From the IMG/VR virus record IMGVR_UViG_3300044251_000011, positions 1 to 57,555 of that record: a stretch of 57,555 bases of DNA, one strand, 5' to 3'. Positions 1-8,768 of the stretch are shown here, in pieces (position 1 is the first letter of the stretch; each line of letters starts with the position of its first letter). The translations under genes were made by a program, and so were the position numbers. The DNA comes from a virus (lineage: Duplodnaviria; Caudoviricetes). Below the pieces are notes generated by a model. That model was not told the DNA's origin. It saw only the letters and a list, made by a program, of their open reading frames with translations, and did not search any database.

Positions 1-127
1 GCACAGTCCACCGGCGGCCGGTTCACCAGGCGGCGGACCTCAGCCAGCGTGGCCTCCAGCGCCATGATCCGGTCATGGTCGGTCTTGGTGGTCGAGCGCA
101 ACAGGTCCCGCTCGGCCTCAGCCTCGG
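1..127. repeat. Terminal direct repeat, identical to 57429-57555 (probable assembly overlap of a circular contig)
   Basis: First 127 nt match last 127 nt exactly; a gene reads across the junction. Confidence 0.95.
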
Positions 128-212
128 TCAGCGCGACCGATCCTGACAGTTCAACGTCAACGGTCACGGTCACCCGTGACCCTCGGATCTCGTCCATCGT
201 CCTGACCCTCAT
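1..212 (-). CDS. 5' part of a ~102-aa hypothetical protein spanning the circular junction (continues 57428..57332)
   Basis: ATG at 212 after GGGGAGGT RBS; MRVRTMDEIRGSRVTVTVDVELSG...RDLLRSTTKTDH joins in frame to ORF 57332..57529. Confidence 0.75.
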   Translation of the reverse strand, partial: MRVRTMDEIRGSRVTVTVDVELSGSVALTEAEAERDLLRSTTKTDHDRIMALEATLAEVRRLVNRPPVDC

Positions 213-282
213 GTTGCGGACCTCCCCGTCCTAGTTGTACCAGGCGAGGGGACCGAAGTCCCCCCGCCCGGGTTGTGTTGCC

Positions 283-312
283 ACCTTACAGCCTTGCCTT
301 CCGGGTGCGCAA
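283..312 (-). promoter_or_regulatory. Sigma70-like promoter TTGCGC-N18-TAAGGT
   Basis: Same TAAGGT -10 box as the promoter family; upstream of the junction gene and primase-polymerase. Confidence 0.5.
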
Positions 313-314
313 GC

Positions 315-2021
315 CTACAGCCGAACGCCCAGCTTCTTGACCGCGCGGCGGCCGGAGATCCGGGTGATCAGGTCGGCCGCGTCGCCCTGGGTCTTCACCA
401 GGTGGACCTTGCTCTCCGGCAGTCCCTCGCGGACCAGGCGGCCCCGCTGGAGCACGCTCGCCGGTGCGTTGCGCCAGCGCGCGTCCCGCTCGGCCAGCCG
501 CTGGAACGCCTTGGCCCGGTCCTCACCGATGCCCATCGCCCAGTCGCTGGGGATCTCCTCGTGGAGAACCTTGACCTTGCCGTTCTCGTACGCGGCCAGC
601 TTCCAGGCGTCCACGCCGTCCGGCACCATCACCACGATCTCCTTGCCAGCGCCCAGGACCCACGCCGGGCCGACCGGGAGCCAGGAGAGCCGGGACGCGC
701 CGAACACGTCCACCCGGCCGCCCCCGCTGGCGCGGCAGTTCTCGTGCCGGTGCTCGCCCTCGTTGGTCGCGCTCACGGGGAGGTAGCGAGAGCACAGCGA
801 GCACCGGTGCTCCTCGACCTCGCACGGCTCCCCGCACGTCGGGCACGGCTGGCGCTCCGGCTCGCCCTCCTTCTTCTGGCGGCCCTCGTCCAGCTCCAGG
901 CCCAGGTCCACGTACCCCACGAACTCGTGCCGCTTGCTCGCGCCCACCAGGTCCAGGATCAACAGGTCTTTCTTGCCCGGGTGGAGCCGCGTCCCCCGGC
1001 CGATCATCTGGACGTACAGGCCGTGGAACTTGGTCGGCCGCGCGACGATCACGCACGAGATCGAGGGCTCGTCAAACCCCTCGGTCAGAACGCCGCAGTT
1101 GACCAGGACCCAGGTCTCCCCGGTCTTGAGCCGCCGGAGCATCGCGCGGCGCTCCTCGGTCGGGGTCGTGCCGTCCAGCGCCTCGGCGGCCACGCCGCGT
1201 GCCCGGAGAGCACCGGCCAGCGCGTGCGCCGTCGCCACGGTCGGGGTGAACGCCACGGCCTTGCGGTCGCTGGCGTGCTCCACGTAGGCGTCCGCGATCT
1301 GGACGATTGCGCCGGACTCCTCCATCTCCCGGCCCAGGTCGCCCTCGGAGAAGTCGCCCCCGCGCTTGCCGACCTGGCGCATGTCCATGTCGGTCTCGAC
1401 CACGATCGAGGGGAGGATGGGCACCAGGTACCCGCCCTCGTGGCCGTCCTTGCCCTTCTTGCCGTTGCCGTAGATCGCCTCGCGGATCGACATGAAGGCG
1501 GCCAGCTTCTCCCAGACGCCCAGGGTCTTCTTGTCCCGCTCGGGCGTGGCCGTGAACCCGACCGTGAGCGGGCCGTACGAGTTGAACGAGCCGAGCCCCT
1601 TCAGAACCTTGGTCCAGCTCGGGGCCGGTGCGTGGTGCGCCTCGTCAACCCAGATCGTGCCGAACGGCGAGCGGCGCGCGGCCTCCACGAGCTGGGCCAG
1701 CCGCCGGTCCACCTGGGCGGTCTGGACCGAGGCCACGACCACATCGGCGTCCACCTCGTTCTCCCCGGCCTTGACCACCCCGGCGGACAGCTCGGGGGCC
1801 ACCATGCCGATCTTCTCGATGGTCTGGCGGGCCAGTTCGTCCCGGTGCACCAGCACCAGCGAGCGGCCCCGGGTAGCCCGCTCCTTGATCCCGTGGCTGA
1901 ACACCACGGTCTTCCCCGTTCCGGTCGGCAGTACGACCAGCGGACGCCTCACGCCCTCGCGCTCCGCCTGCTCGATACCGTCCAGCGCTTCCCGCTGGTA
2001 GGGCCGCAATCCGAGTGCCAT
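315..2021 (-). CDS. SF2 DEAD/DEAH-box helicase with Zn-finger insertion
   Basis: LRPYQ Q-motif, PTGTGKT, DEAHH, TAT, LTEGFD, QMIGRGTR; CPTC..CSLC insert. Confidence 0.93.
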   Translation of the reverse strand: MALGLRPYQREALDGIEQAEREGVRRPLVVLPTGTGKTVVFSHGIKERATRGRSLVLVHRDELARQTIEKIGMVAPELSAGVVKAGENEVDADVVVASVQTAQVDRRLAQLVEAARRSPFGTIWVDEAHHAPAPSWTKVLKGLGSFNSYGPLTVGFTATPERDKKTLGVWEKLAAFMSIREAIYGNGKKGKDGHEGGYLVPILPSIVVETDMDMRQVGKRGGDFSEGDLGREMEESGAIVQIADAYVEHASDRKAVAFTPTVATAHALAGALRARGVAAEALDGTTPTEERRAMLRRLKTGETWVLVNCGVLTEGFDEPSISCVIVARPTKFHGLYVQMIGRGTRLHPGKKDLLILDLVGASKRHEFVGYVDLGLELDEGRQKKEGEPERQPCPTCGEPCEVEEHRCSLCSRYLPVSATNEGEHRHENCRASGGGRVDVFGASRLSWLPVGPAWVLGAGKEIVVMVPDGVDAWKLAAYENGKVKVLHEEIPSDWAMGIGEDRAKAFQRLAERDARWRNAPASVLQRGRLVREGLPESKVHLVKTQGDAADLITRISGRRAVKKLGVRL

Positions 2022-2051
2022 CTCCGATGTCCTTCCGTCTCTGTGTCTTAG

Positions 2052-2080
2052 ACCTTACCGTCACAACTGCAAGGTGTCAA
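2052..2080 (-). promoter_or_regulatory. Promoter TTGACA-N17-TAAGGT
   Basis: Consensus -35/-10 spacing upstream of helicase. Confidence 0.8.
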
Positions 2081-2086
2081 ACGAGA

Positions 2087-2122
2087 AGGCCCGGCCCGCC
2101 CGGGGAGGGGCAGACCGGGCCT
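2087..2122 (-). terminator. Intrinsic terminator hairpin
   Basis: AGGCCCGG...CCGGGCCT stem followed by TTCTCGTTT on minus strand. Confidence 0.6.
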
Positions 2123-2125
2123 GGG

Positions 2126-2467
2126 TCAGTCGGCGGTCTCGGGCTCCGGCTCGGCCAGCTTGGCCGGGTCCGGCGTGGGCCACAGGTCGGCCGTCTCGGT
2201 CACGACCTTGACCCACTCCACCACGCGGTTGTCGCGGGCCAGCCACTTGGCGACAGCGCCCCAGCCAGCGCCCTGGGGCGTGGAGCCCCCGCCGCTCACG
2301 TACCAGGTGCCCCCGGCCTTCAGCATCGTGTACGTGAACACCTTGGGCGTCGCACGGCCACGGGTCGTGTCGAGATCGGTCTGGCCCATCCCGGCGTAAC
2401 TGATGCCGAACAGCAGGACGGTCCCGTTCGGGACTCGGCTGTTGTCCAGCTCGAACTTGACAGGCAT
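2126..2467 (-). CDS. Hypothetical phage protein (paralog of 4700..5176)
   Basis: RBS and coding-like ORF; shares NGxVL..K..xWYVxG..WL pattern. Confidence 0.7.
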   Translation of the reverse strand: MPVKFELDNSRVPNGTVLLFGISYAGMGQTDLDTTRGRATPKVFTYTMLKAGGTWYVSGGGSTPQGAGWGAVAKWLARDNRVVEWVKVVTETADLWPTPDPAKLAEPEPETAD

Positions 2468-2544
2468 TCGTCAACCTTCCTGGGAACGGCCGGAGCCGCC
2501 CGGCCCCGAGGGACCGGACGGCTCCAGGTGCGTGGCGAGTCGGG

Positions 2545-2988
2545 TCAGGCGCTCGCGCGCTTGATCGCCACGCCGTACTTGTTGATCGGCTGGCCCTTCT
2601 TGGTCTGGCCCTTGCCCAGGAACTTGAACGCCATCGTGTCGCCCAGCGACGGGTTGGCCTCCTCGATCCCCTTGCGGAGCAGGAAGGCGTAACCGGTCAC
2701 GCGCATCACGCGGGTGTCGTCGCCCTCCTTCACCTCGACCTTGATCACCGGGACCATCGGGTCCTGGCCCGGGAGAGCGAAGTCGGACTTGGCCTGGCCG
2801 ATGCCCACGACCTTGCCCACGATGCCCTCGCCCTTCTCGGTCGGCATCCACGCCTCGGACTCGTCGTCCTCGATGCCGTTCAGGAGGTCGTCGTCCCCGT
2901 TGTCCTCGGTGGCGAACATGCCCTCCAGCTCGGCCTCGGACGCGCCGGTGACCTTGCTGCTCTTGCCGGTGGTGGCGGTGCCAGCCAT
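2545..2988 (-). CDS. Putative OB-fold ssDNA-binding protein
   Basis: Acidic N-terminus, W.P..G..I.G.V..I and GD...KFLGK pattern; lies next to recombination genes. Confidence 0.5.
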   Translation of the reverse strand: MAGTATTGKSSKVTGASEAELEGMFATEDNGDDDLLNGIEDDESEAWMPTEKGEGIVGKVVGIGQAKSDFALPGQDPMVPVIKVEVKEGDDTRVMRVTGYAFLLRKGIEEANPSLGDTMAFKFLGKGQTKKGQPINKYGVAIKRASA

Positions 2989-3218
2989 GTCGATCTCTTT
3001 TCTCTCTTTACGCGCTCAGGGACCTTGTGGCCCTGGCTTGGTACGACCCGTCCGGACCTGGCCTAAGCCTCGTGGCCCGGACGGGCCGAGTGGATTCTGG
3101 AGGGCCACTCCCCCAGGCCGTTAGGTAAGGCCCACACCAAGGTTCGCCCGCGTCACGACTGCTCACCCGGGGGTGGATCGTGTACGACCTGCCGCTTACC
3201 TCGAACTCGTTTCGGTCG

Positions 3219-3291
3219 CGCCCCGCCGTGGACTCGAACCACGGTGTCCCTCATCCGGCAATCTTGGGATGACAACTGCCTATCCAGGGGC
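3219..3291 (-). ncRNA. tRNA-like element (non-canonical) inside a structured ~350-nt leader
   Basis: T arm CGTGG-TTCGAGT-CCACG, acceptor-like GCCCC/GGGGC, TCATCC/GGATGA stem with 10-nt loop, no D stem, 73 nt. Confidence 0.5.
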
Positions 3292-3354
3292 CGCCCGTCT
3301 TTCCGGGCTGTCCAGTGCGCCTCGGCCTTGCGGGCCTCAGCTCTCACAGGTATT

Positions 3355-3383
3355 ACCTTACAGGGTAGACGGCAAAGTGTCTA
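3355..3383 (-). promoter_or_regulatory. Promoter TAGACA-N17-TAAGGT with symmetric operator variant TAGAC-N8-GTCTA
   Basis: Spacing and -10 box match the family; palindrome at 3366-3383. Confidence 0.7.
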
Positions 3384-4508
3384 CTTGGGGTCGGCCTTGA
3401 TCTTCAGCTCCTTGGGGACCGAGATCGTCATGCGCCGGTATCGACTGCTCACGGTCACGGCCTCGGCCACCTCGGGGTACAGCGTCCGGAGCGCGTCCAC
3501 GTCCACCCGCTTGGAGCTGACCTCGGGGTACCCGACGATCTTCCGCTCCCCGAGGTAGGCCGCGCCAGCGCCGCCGGTCCAGTCGCGGAACTGGTTCTTG
3601 ATCGTGGTCAGCCGCTTGTCCGCCAGCTCGGCGGCCACCTTGGCCTCCTGGTACTCCTTCAGCCAGTCCTCCGTGATGCCCCCGCCGGGCAGCTCCACCG
3701 AGGGCGTGATCACCGTGGGGTTCTGCTCCTTCAGCAAGTCCTCGGTGATCGGGTGCGAGTAGTCGTGCATCGGGATCTCGTCGCCCAGGACGTGCACCTC
3801 CCAGAACCGATCGGCGGCGGCCACCATCTCCCCGAACCAGTCAGGATCGAAGTGCACCTCCACCGTGAAGAACTGGCGGGACCGGTCGATGTGGAAGCAA
3901 CCCAGGTAGCCCACGGGAAGGCCCAGGATGCCCATCTGCCACTGGATCTGAGCCTGGTAGGCCAGGGGAGCGGAACCCGTCCCACGGCCGCCAGGGCGGA
4001 TCGTGCCGGACTCCCAGTGCTCATCGTCCCCGGCCGTCTTGCACTCGATCACGGCCTCGGCTTTCCAGCTCCTGGGCTTGCACGCGAACCGGTCCGGGGT
4101 CACCCGGATGTACGGCTTGTCGGTCATCGCCCACAGGCCCCCGCCGAACCGCGAGACCATGCCGATCTCCTCGGCGGTCTTGCGGGCCACGACCTCCTCC
4201 AGCCGGTGGCCCCACTCGATCGGAGCGCCGGTCAGCTCCACGTCCGGCTCGGTCCGCTTCTTCTTGTTCCAGATCGACATCGCGGTCTCGTGCTCGTTCA
4301 CCCCGATGAGCGCCCCGACCTCGGAGCCGCCCACGCCATCGCGGCGAGCGGCCAGCCACGGGCCGCGTCCGGCGCACTCGGGGAGGATCAGACGGCTCGG
4401 TGCCGAGCGCGGACTGGCGAACCGGTGGACGGGATGGGGGCACGCGAGGCGGCCCCCGGAGCGGGCCAGGTAACGCTCTACCTGGCCCGCCTCGGTGGTG
4501 ATCGTCAT
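3381..4508 (-). CDS. YqaJ/lambda-exonuclease-like recombination nuclease
   Basis: WLAARRDGVGGSE, WGHRLE, TPD, IECKT, YQAQIQWQM; true start MTITTE at 4508 (ATGA overlap). Confidence 0.9.
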   Translation of the reverse strand: MTITTEAGQVERYLARSGGRLACPHPVHRFASPRSAPSRLILPECAGRGPWLAARRDGVGGSEVGALIGVNEHETAMSIWNKKKRTEPDVELTGAPIEWGHRLEEVVARKTAEEIGMVSRFGGGLWAMTDKPYIRVTPDRFACKPRSWKAEAVIECKTAGDDEHWESGTIRPGGRGTGSAPLAYQAQIQWQMGILGLPVGYLGCFHIDRSRQFFTVEVHFDPDWFGEMVAAADRFWEVHVLGDEIPMHDYSHPITEDLLKEQNPTVITPSVELPGGGITEDWLKEYQEAKVAAELADKRLTTIKNQFRDWTGGAGAAYLGERKIVGYPEVSSKRVDVDALRTLYPEVAEAVTVSSRYRRMTISVPKELKIKADPK

Positions 4509-4696
4509 GGCTGGTTGACCTCCACGGTCACGGTGATCTCGGTCGGCCACGGGCCGGTCAGACCGGCCTCGCGGAGTTTGTCCTTCCGGACGTACAGGTT
4601 GGACACGGCCTGGCCCAGCCGGTCCGGCGCGGCGTACATGACCGCGCCCTTGGTCTCCTTGACGAACGGGAGCACCACGGCGACCTTGACACTCAT
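4505..4696 (-). CDS. Small hypothetical protein
   Basis: Translationally coupled ORF; start codon lies inside a TTGAC-N8-GTCAG palindrome. Confidence 0.7.
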   Translation of the reverse strand: MSVKVAVVLPFVKETKGAVMYAAPDRLGQAVSNLYVRKDKLREAGLTGPWPTEITVTVEVNQP

Positions 4697-4699
4697 CTG

Positions 4700-5176
4700 T
4701 CAGCCCCCGTAACCACGGCGGGTGGCCCGGAGGAACGGGTCCGCGTCGCCCCGGATGCCCTCCAGGAGAGCGCCCAGGTCGATGGCGCTGACCGAGGCCA
4801 CCTCCACGGACGCCAGCTCGAACTCCGCGAGCTGAGCGGCCATCTGGAGGCGGCGGCCCCCGGTGGTCAGCCAGTCGGCCAGGCCGTCCGAGCTGACCGC
4901 GTTCGGGGCGTTCTTGCCGGTGACGTACCAAAGGTCCCGGGTCTTGTACGCGATGAACGCGTACGGCTGGCTCCGGCCCAGGGTGACGGCCAGGCCCAGG
5001 ACGGACCCGTTCGCCAGCTCCCCGAAGTCGGGCAGCGCCGCCAGCTTCTCCAGCTCCTTGACCGCGCGGCTGGTACGGGCCTCGGTCTCGCGGTCGATCT
5101 CCTCCAGCGCCGCCAGGCGGTCCCGCTCGGCGGCTTCCAGCTCGCGCTCCAGCGCGGCCTTCCTGTTGCTGATCAT
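4700..5176 (-). CDS. Hypothetical protein, N-terminal coiled coil plus domain shared with 2126..2467
   Basis: Operon context; WYVTG..LADWL motif. Confidence 0.7.
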   Translation of the reverse strand: MISNRKAALERELEAAERDRLAALEEIDRETEARTSRAVKELEKLAALPDFGELANGSVLGLAVTLGRSQPYAFIAYKTRDLWYVTGKNAPNAVSSDGLADWLTTGGRRLQMAAQLAEFELASVEVASVSAIDLGALLEGIRGDADPFLRATRRGYGG

Positions 5177-5182
5177 CTCCGT

Positions 5183-5677
5183 CTAGCCTTCCATCTGGAT
5201 CTTGTCCAGCGATTCCCGCTGGACCTTGGGGAGCTGGAGAACCGGCTCGCCCATGTGGTCGTTGGCCCCGACCCACAACCACCAGGCGTCACACTGGTTG
5301 TCGTCGCGGAACTCCAGGTCCCCGCGCTTCAGGGCGGCCAGCGCCATCTCGGTCTTGCTCGCCCCTCCCCGCCCGGTGGCGAACTTCTTCAGGCTCGCCG
5401 GGGGCAGCGTGGCGTACTTCAGGCCCTCCTCGATCAGGGCCGCGCGGACCGCGCCGTGGACCATGCCCGTGATCCCGGCCGACATCGACCGGTTCAGGTA
5501 GCCCTCGATCAGCACGAGGTCCGAATCCCGGACGTACTCGATCACCCGCTTGGCGATCTCCGGGAGCCGGAGGTCTCGGGCCTCGCGGGGCTTGATCAGG
5601 TGCGTGCACGCGGCCCCCTCGACCGTGTGACACACCCCGGTCCCCGTCATCGAGAGATCGAGGCCCGAGACCTTCAT
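5183..5677 (-). CDS. ruvC: RuvC-like Holliday junction resolvase
   Basis: GLDLSMTGTG, VLIEG, LKKFATGRGGASK, DNQCDA; start MKVSG at 5677. Confidence 0.88.
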   Translation of the reverse strand: MKVSGLDLSMTGTGVCHTVEGAACTHLIKPREARDLRLPEIAKRVIEYVRDSDLVLIEGYLNRSMSAGITGMVHGAVRAALIEEGLKYATLPPASLKKFATGRGGASKTEMALAALKRGDLEFRDDNQCDAWWLWVGANDHMGEPVLQLPKVQRESLDKIQMEG

Positions 5678-6045
5678 CAGGCCCGCCCGTCGTACGTCGC
5701 GTCCCCGTCCTCGTACGTACCCGGCATGGTGGCCGGGCCGCGCGAGGGGTCGGCCGCGTCGCGGATCTTGTTCAGGCGGTCCGGGAGCGCGTCCGGGGTG
5801 AGCGCCGCCTGGGCGATCTCGGCCACGGCGGGCTCGTTGCGGATCGTGTTCAGCTTGACCAGCAGCGCGGCCAGCTCCACCACGTCCATCTCCACGTGGA
5901 GGACGTGGAAGTCCGGAGTCAGCTCGAACTCCACGCACACGCGCGGCACGCCCTCCAGGATCGTCCGGCCGTCCACCGGGACCTCGGTGGTGATGTGGTC
6001 CCACTGGCGGAGGTTCAGATCCTTGACCTTGGTACGGATGTGCAT
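5677..6045 (-). CDS. Hypothetical protein
   Basis: RBS; upstream promoter TTGCAT-N18-TAAGGT at 6084-6113. Confidence 0.65.
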   Translation of the reverse strand: MHIRTKVKDLNLRQWDHITTEVPVDGRTILEGVPRVCVEFELTPDFHVLHVEMDVVELAALLVKLNTIRNEPAVAEIAQAALTPDALPDRLNKIRDAADPSRGPATMPGTYEDGDATYDGRA

Positions 6046-6130
6046 CTCGGCCCCTTCCTGGGCTGTTGCTTGGTACTGGTGAAACCTTACCGTACCGACT
6101 GCAAGGTATGCAACCCGGGGCCGGGACTTT

Positions 6131-6628
6131 CTAGTTCTTGCTGGTCAGCGCCTTGTGGACGTTCTCGGCCGTGGTCTGAACGGCGGCCATGCCGGACCAG
6201 CCGTGCTCGTCGTGGTTGGCGCTGGCGACCTCGCGGCCCCCGATCCACACCTCCACGTGCTCGTCGTCCGGCTGGCGGATCTCCAGCTCCTGGCCGGGGC
6301 CAGCGCTGGCGATAGGCCACGGGTACGCCAGGAGGCTGTCCAGCTCCCCGATCACCCGGTCCCGGGGCTGGAGTTCGTCGCGCTTCTCCAGCTCCTCCAC
6401 GTAGCGCCTGAGCCCGGCGGCCAGCGTGGTGGGCTCGCCCTCCATCAGGTCCAGGACGCCCTCCTGGTCCATCGAGATCGAGGCGTCCAGCATCTCGGCC
6501 ACGATCTCGCGGGACTCGCCGGTGTCGGCCATGCCCTCGCGGATCACGCGCTCGCGGACCAGGGCGCGCATCACGGTGTCCAGCTCGGTGGTCTCGGAGA
6601 GCCACTTCTCCAGGTCGATCCCGGTCAT
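6131..6628 (-). CDS. Hypothetical acidic protein
   Basis: GGGGAGGT RBS before MTGIDLE; own promoter at 6669-6697. Confidence 0.7.
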   Translation of the reverse strand: MTGIDLEKWLSETTELDTVMRALVRERVIREGMADTGESREIVAEMLDASISMDQEGVLDLMEGEPTTLAAGLRRYVEELEKRDELQPRDRVIGELDSLLAYPWPIASAGPGQELEIRQPDDEHVEVWIGGREVASANHDEHGWSGMAAVQTTAENVHKALTSKN

Positions 6629-6668
6629 CTCTACCTCCCCTAACGGCGGGCCTCTCCCACTATCCATT

Positions 6669-6697
6669 ACATTACAGCCATGACTGTGACGTGTCAA
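6669..6697 (-). promoter_or_regulatory. Promoter TTGACA-N17-TAATGT with operator palindrome
   Basis: TTGACACGTCACAGTCAT. Confidence 0.8.
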
Positions 6698-6865
6698 CCC
6701 CGTACGCGACATCACTCCAGGAGATCCCATAGCGTCCGCCGCTGGCGTAGGGGTCTCTCCGCCACAACCGTGGGGCTGGCCCCGCCAGGAGCGCGCCTGG
6801 CCCTACACAAGCGCCAGCCCCGGCCCTCGGGGAGGGACGGGGCTGGCCCGGCGCTAGCGGCCCGC

Positions 6866-8725
6866 TCAGGCGGCCGTGAACAGGCTCTCGCACGAGTCGC
6901 ACCGGACCACGCCCAGGTCGAGAACCTTCCGGCTCAACCGGATGATGATCGGCTCGGCGCACTCGCACGTGGCCTTGAGGTTGCCGCTCTTGGTCTCGCC
7001 CTCCTGGCCCTTGACCGGCTTGCCGGTGATCTTCTCTCCGCCGCGCTCGTCCTCGTCGTCCGAGCCGCCCAGCCAGAAGGGGAGGAGACCGGTCAGCTTC
7101 AGCTCGCGCTCCAGCTCGCCCAGGATCTCCGCGTACTTGACCTTGGTCGCCTCGGTCAGCGTGACGAACGAGAACCCGTGGGTCTTGTCGGGGTTCGCGC
7201 CCTTGTGCTCCAGGCCCAGCTCCTCGGCCGTCTTGCGGAACGTGCCGTTGTGGTACCGGTTCTGGCGGCTGGTGTCCTGGACGCCCCGGACCTTGCTCAG
7301 CGTGTGGGCCGCCTCGTGGATCGTGGTCTGGAGCACCTGGAGCGCGCCCTTTGCCAGGGCCTCGCTCGCCAGGAAGAACTCGTGAAGCTTCTCCCCGTCC
7401 TTGCCGAGCCTCCAGCTCTCCGGCCGGAAGTGCCCCCACTTGACGCCCTCGCCGGACCCGGTGGTCACCACGACCCGGGGGAGTTCCGGGTGTTCCGCCC
7501 GGATGGCGTCCCAGACCTTCTCGATCAGGATGACCACGGTGGAGCCGGTGTGGATCTCGGGCGCTGTTGCCGGTGCGGTCTCGGTCTGGGCGGTCATCTC
7601 GGGCTCCTCGGTGTCGTCCTCGCTGTTGAGACCAACCTTACCGTCTTGACTGTGAAGTGTCAACTCCTCCGCCTGGGAAGTTCCGGCCGGGCCGTAGATC
7701 CCGCCCGGGGCCTCGTTCGCCTCGCGGGCCGCCTCGGCGTCCGCCAGGTTCTCCCGCTCGCTCTGGGCCGCGTTCTCCTCCACCTGGGTCTCGGTCAGGG
7801 TGAAGCGCTCCGCGCCCTCCTCGGCCTCCTGGACCGGCTCGGCCGGGGTCTCGACCACGGGGGCCGGGGCCACGTAGACCGTCGTGTGGAGTTCGGTCGC
7901 GGTCTGGACCCGGACCGAGCCGCCCGGCGCGCTGGCGGCGGCCGTGGTCAGCGCCACCAGGGTCTTGGTCGGGGTGTTCTTCACGACCACTCCCCGGCGG
8001 AGTTCGCCCATCGCGTAGGCGTAGACCACGGTCCCGATCGGCTGGGCCTCGGTGGCCTGGACCCAGGTGCTCGGCTTCACTGCCGAGACGAGGGCGATCA
8101 GGTCGGCGGTCTCGCCGTTGCTCAGCGGGTAGTTCCGGGCCTCGGTGTGGGTCAGGTTCTGGGCCATCTCGATCTCCTCCGGTGCGTTGTCTTTGCTGTT
8201 AGGACTAACCTTACAGGCTTGACTGTGAAGTGTCAACGACTGGGCCGACTCAATTTCCAGGGCCTCGGCGTGGGCGTCGTCCAGCGCGCCGGAGGTCCGG
8301 AAGTCGGCGGCCAGCTCGGCCCGCTCGGCCGGGGTGAACTCCTCGGCGGCCGGGGCCGCCCCCGCCTCAACGGCGGGGGCAGCGGCGGCGGCCAGCTCGG
8401 CCCGGTGGGCGTCCTCGGCCACGGCCTCGGCGTACGCCCGCTTGATACCGGCCGGGTCCTCCGGGGCCAGCCACATGGTCTGGATCGGAGCCGCGTCGAA
8501 CGATCCGGCGCTGGTGTGGATCACGTACTTGCCCCGGGCCTCGTACCGGCCAGCGGCCCGGAAACCCTTCTCGATGATCCGGGCAACGAACACGCCCTCC
8601 CCGGTCTTGGTGCTGCTCGGGCGGATCGTGGCGTGGCCCTCAGCGTCGTACGAGACCTTGACGATGATCCGCATCCCGGCCTCGGCCTCGCTGGCGTTGA
8701 CCTTGCCCTTGGCGATGCTGCCCAT
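6866..8725 (-). CDS. Multi-module protein with C-terminal SprT-like zinc metallopeptidase and Zn ribbon; internal in-frame starts at 8167 and 7597
   Basis: HEAAH, RYHNGTF..AEELGL, CEC..CDSC; each of the three ATGs has its own promoter and RBS. Confidence 0.8.
   Translation of the reverse strand: MGSIAKGKVNASEAEAGMRIIVKVSYDAEGHATIRPSSTKTGEGVFVARIIEKGFRAAGRYEARGKYVIHTSAGSFDAAPIQTMWLAPEDPAGIKRAYAEAVAEDAHRAELAAAAAPAVEAGAAPAAEEFTPAERAELAADFRTSGALDDAHAEALEIESAQSLTLHSQACKVSPNSKDNAPEEIEMAQNLTHTEARNYPLSNGETADLIALVSAVKPSTWVQATEAQPIGTVVYAYAMGELRRGVVVKNTPTKTLVALTTAAASAPGGSVRVQTATELHTTVYVAPAPVVETPAEPVQEAEEGAERFTLTETQVEENAAQSERENLADAEAAREANEAPGGIYGPAGTSQAEELTLHSQDGKVGLNSEDDTEEPEMTAQTETAPATAPEIHTGSTVVILIEKVWDAIRAEHPELPRVVVTTGSGEGVKWGHFRPESWRLGKDGEKLHEFFLASEALAKGALQVLQTTIHEAAHTLSKVRGVQDTSRQNRYHNGTFRKTAEELGLEHKGANPDKTHGFSFVTLTEATKVKYAEILGELERELKLTGLLPFWLGGSDDEDERGGEKITGKPVKGQEGETKSGNLKATCECAEPIIIRLSRKVLDLGVVRCDSCESLFTAA
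7635..7663 (-). promoter_or_regulatory. Intragenic promoter/operator TTGACACTTCACAGTCAAGACGGTAAGGT
   Basis: TTGACA-N17-TAAGGT, then GAGGAG RBS and ATG 7597. Confidence 0.85.
8208..8236 (-). promoter_or_regulatory. Intragenic promoter/operator TTGACACTTCACAGTCAAGCCTGTAAGGT
   Basis: TTGACA-N17-TAAGGT, then GGAGGAG RBS and ATG 8167. Confidence 0.85.
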
Positions 8726-8768
8726 TTGAACCACTCCCTGGCGTGTCGTTGTCTTGCTGACATGGAGA

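Noticed and set aside
1-127. Biological terminal repeat
   Set aside because: 127 nt is a typical assembler k-mer overlap and it falls mid-gene; treated as a circularisation artefact.
3219-3291. Canonical tRNA gene
   Set aside because: No D stem, 10-nt anticodon-position loop, only 5 acceptor pairs, no CCA; kept only as tRNA-like.
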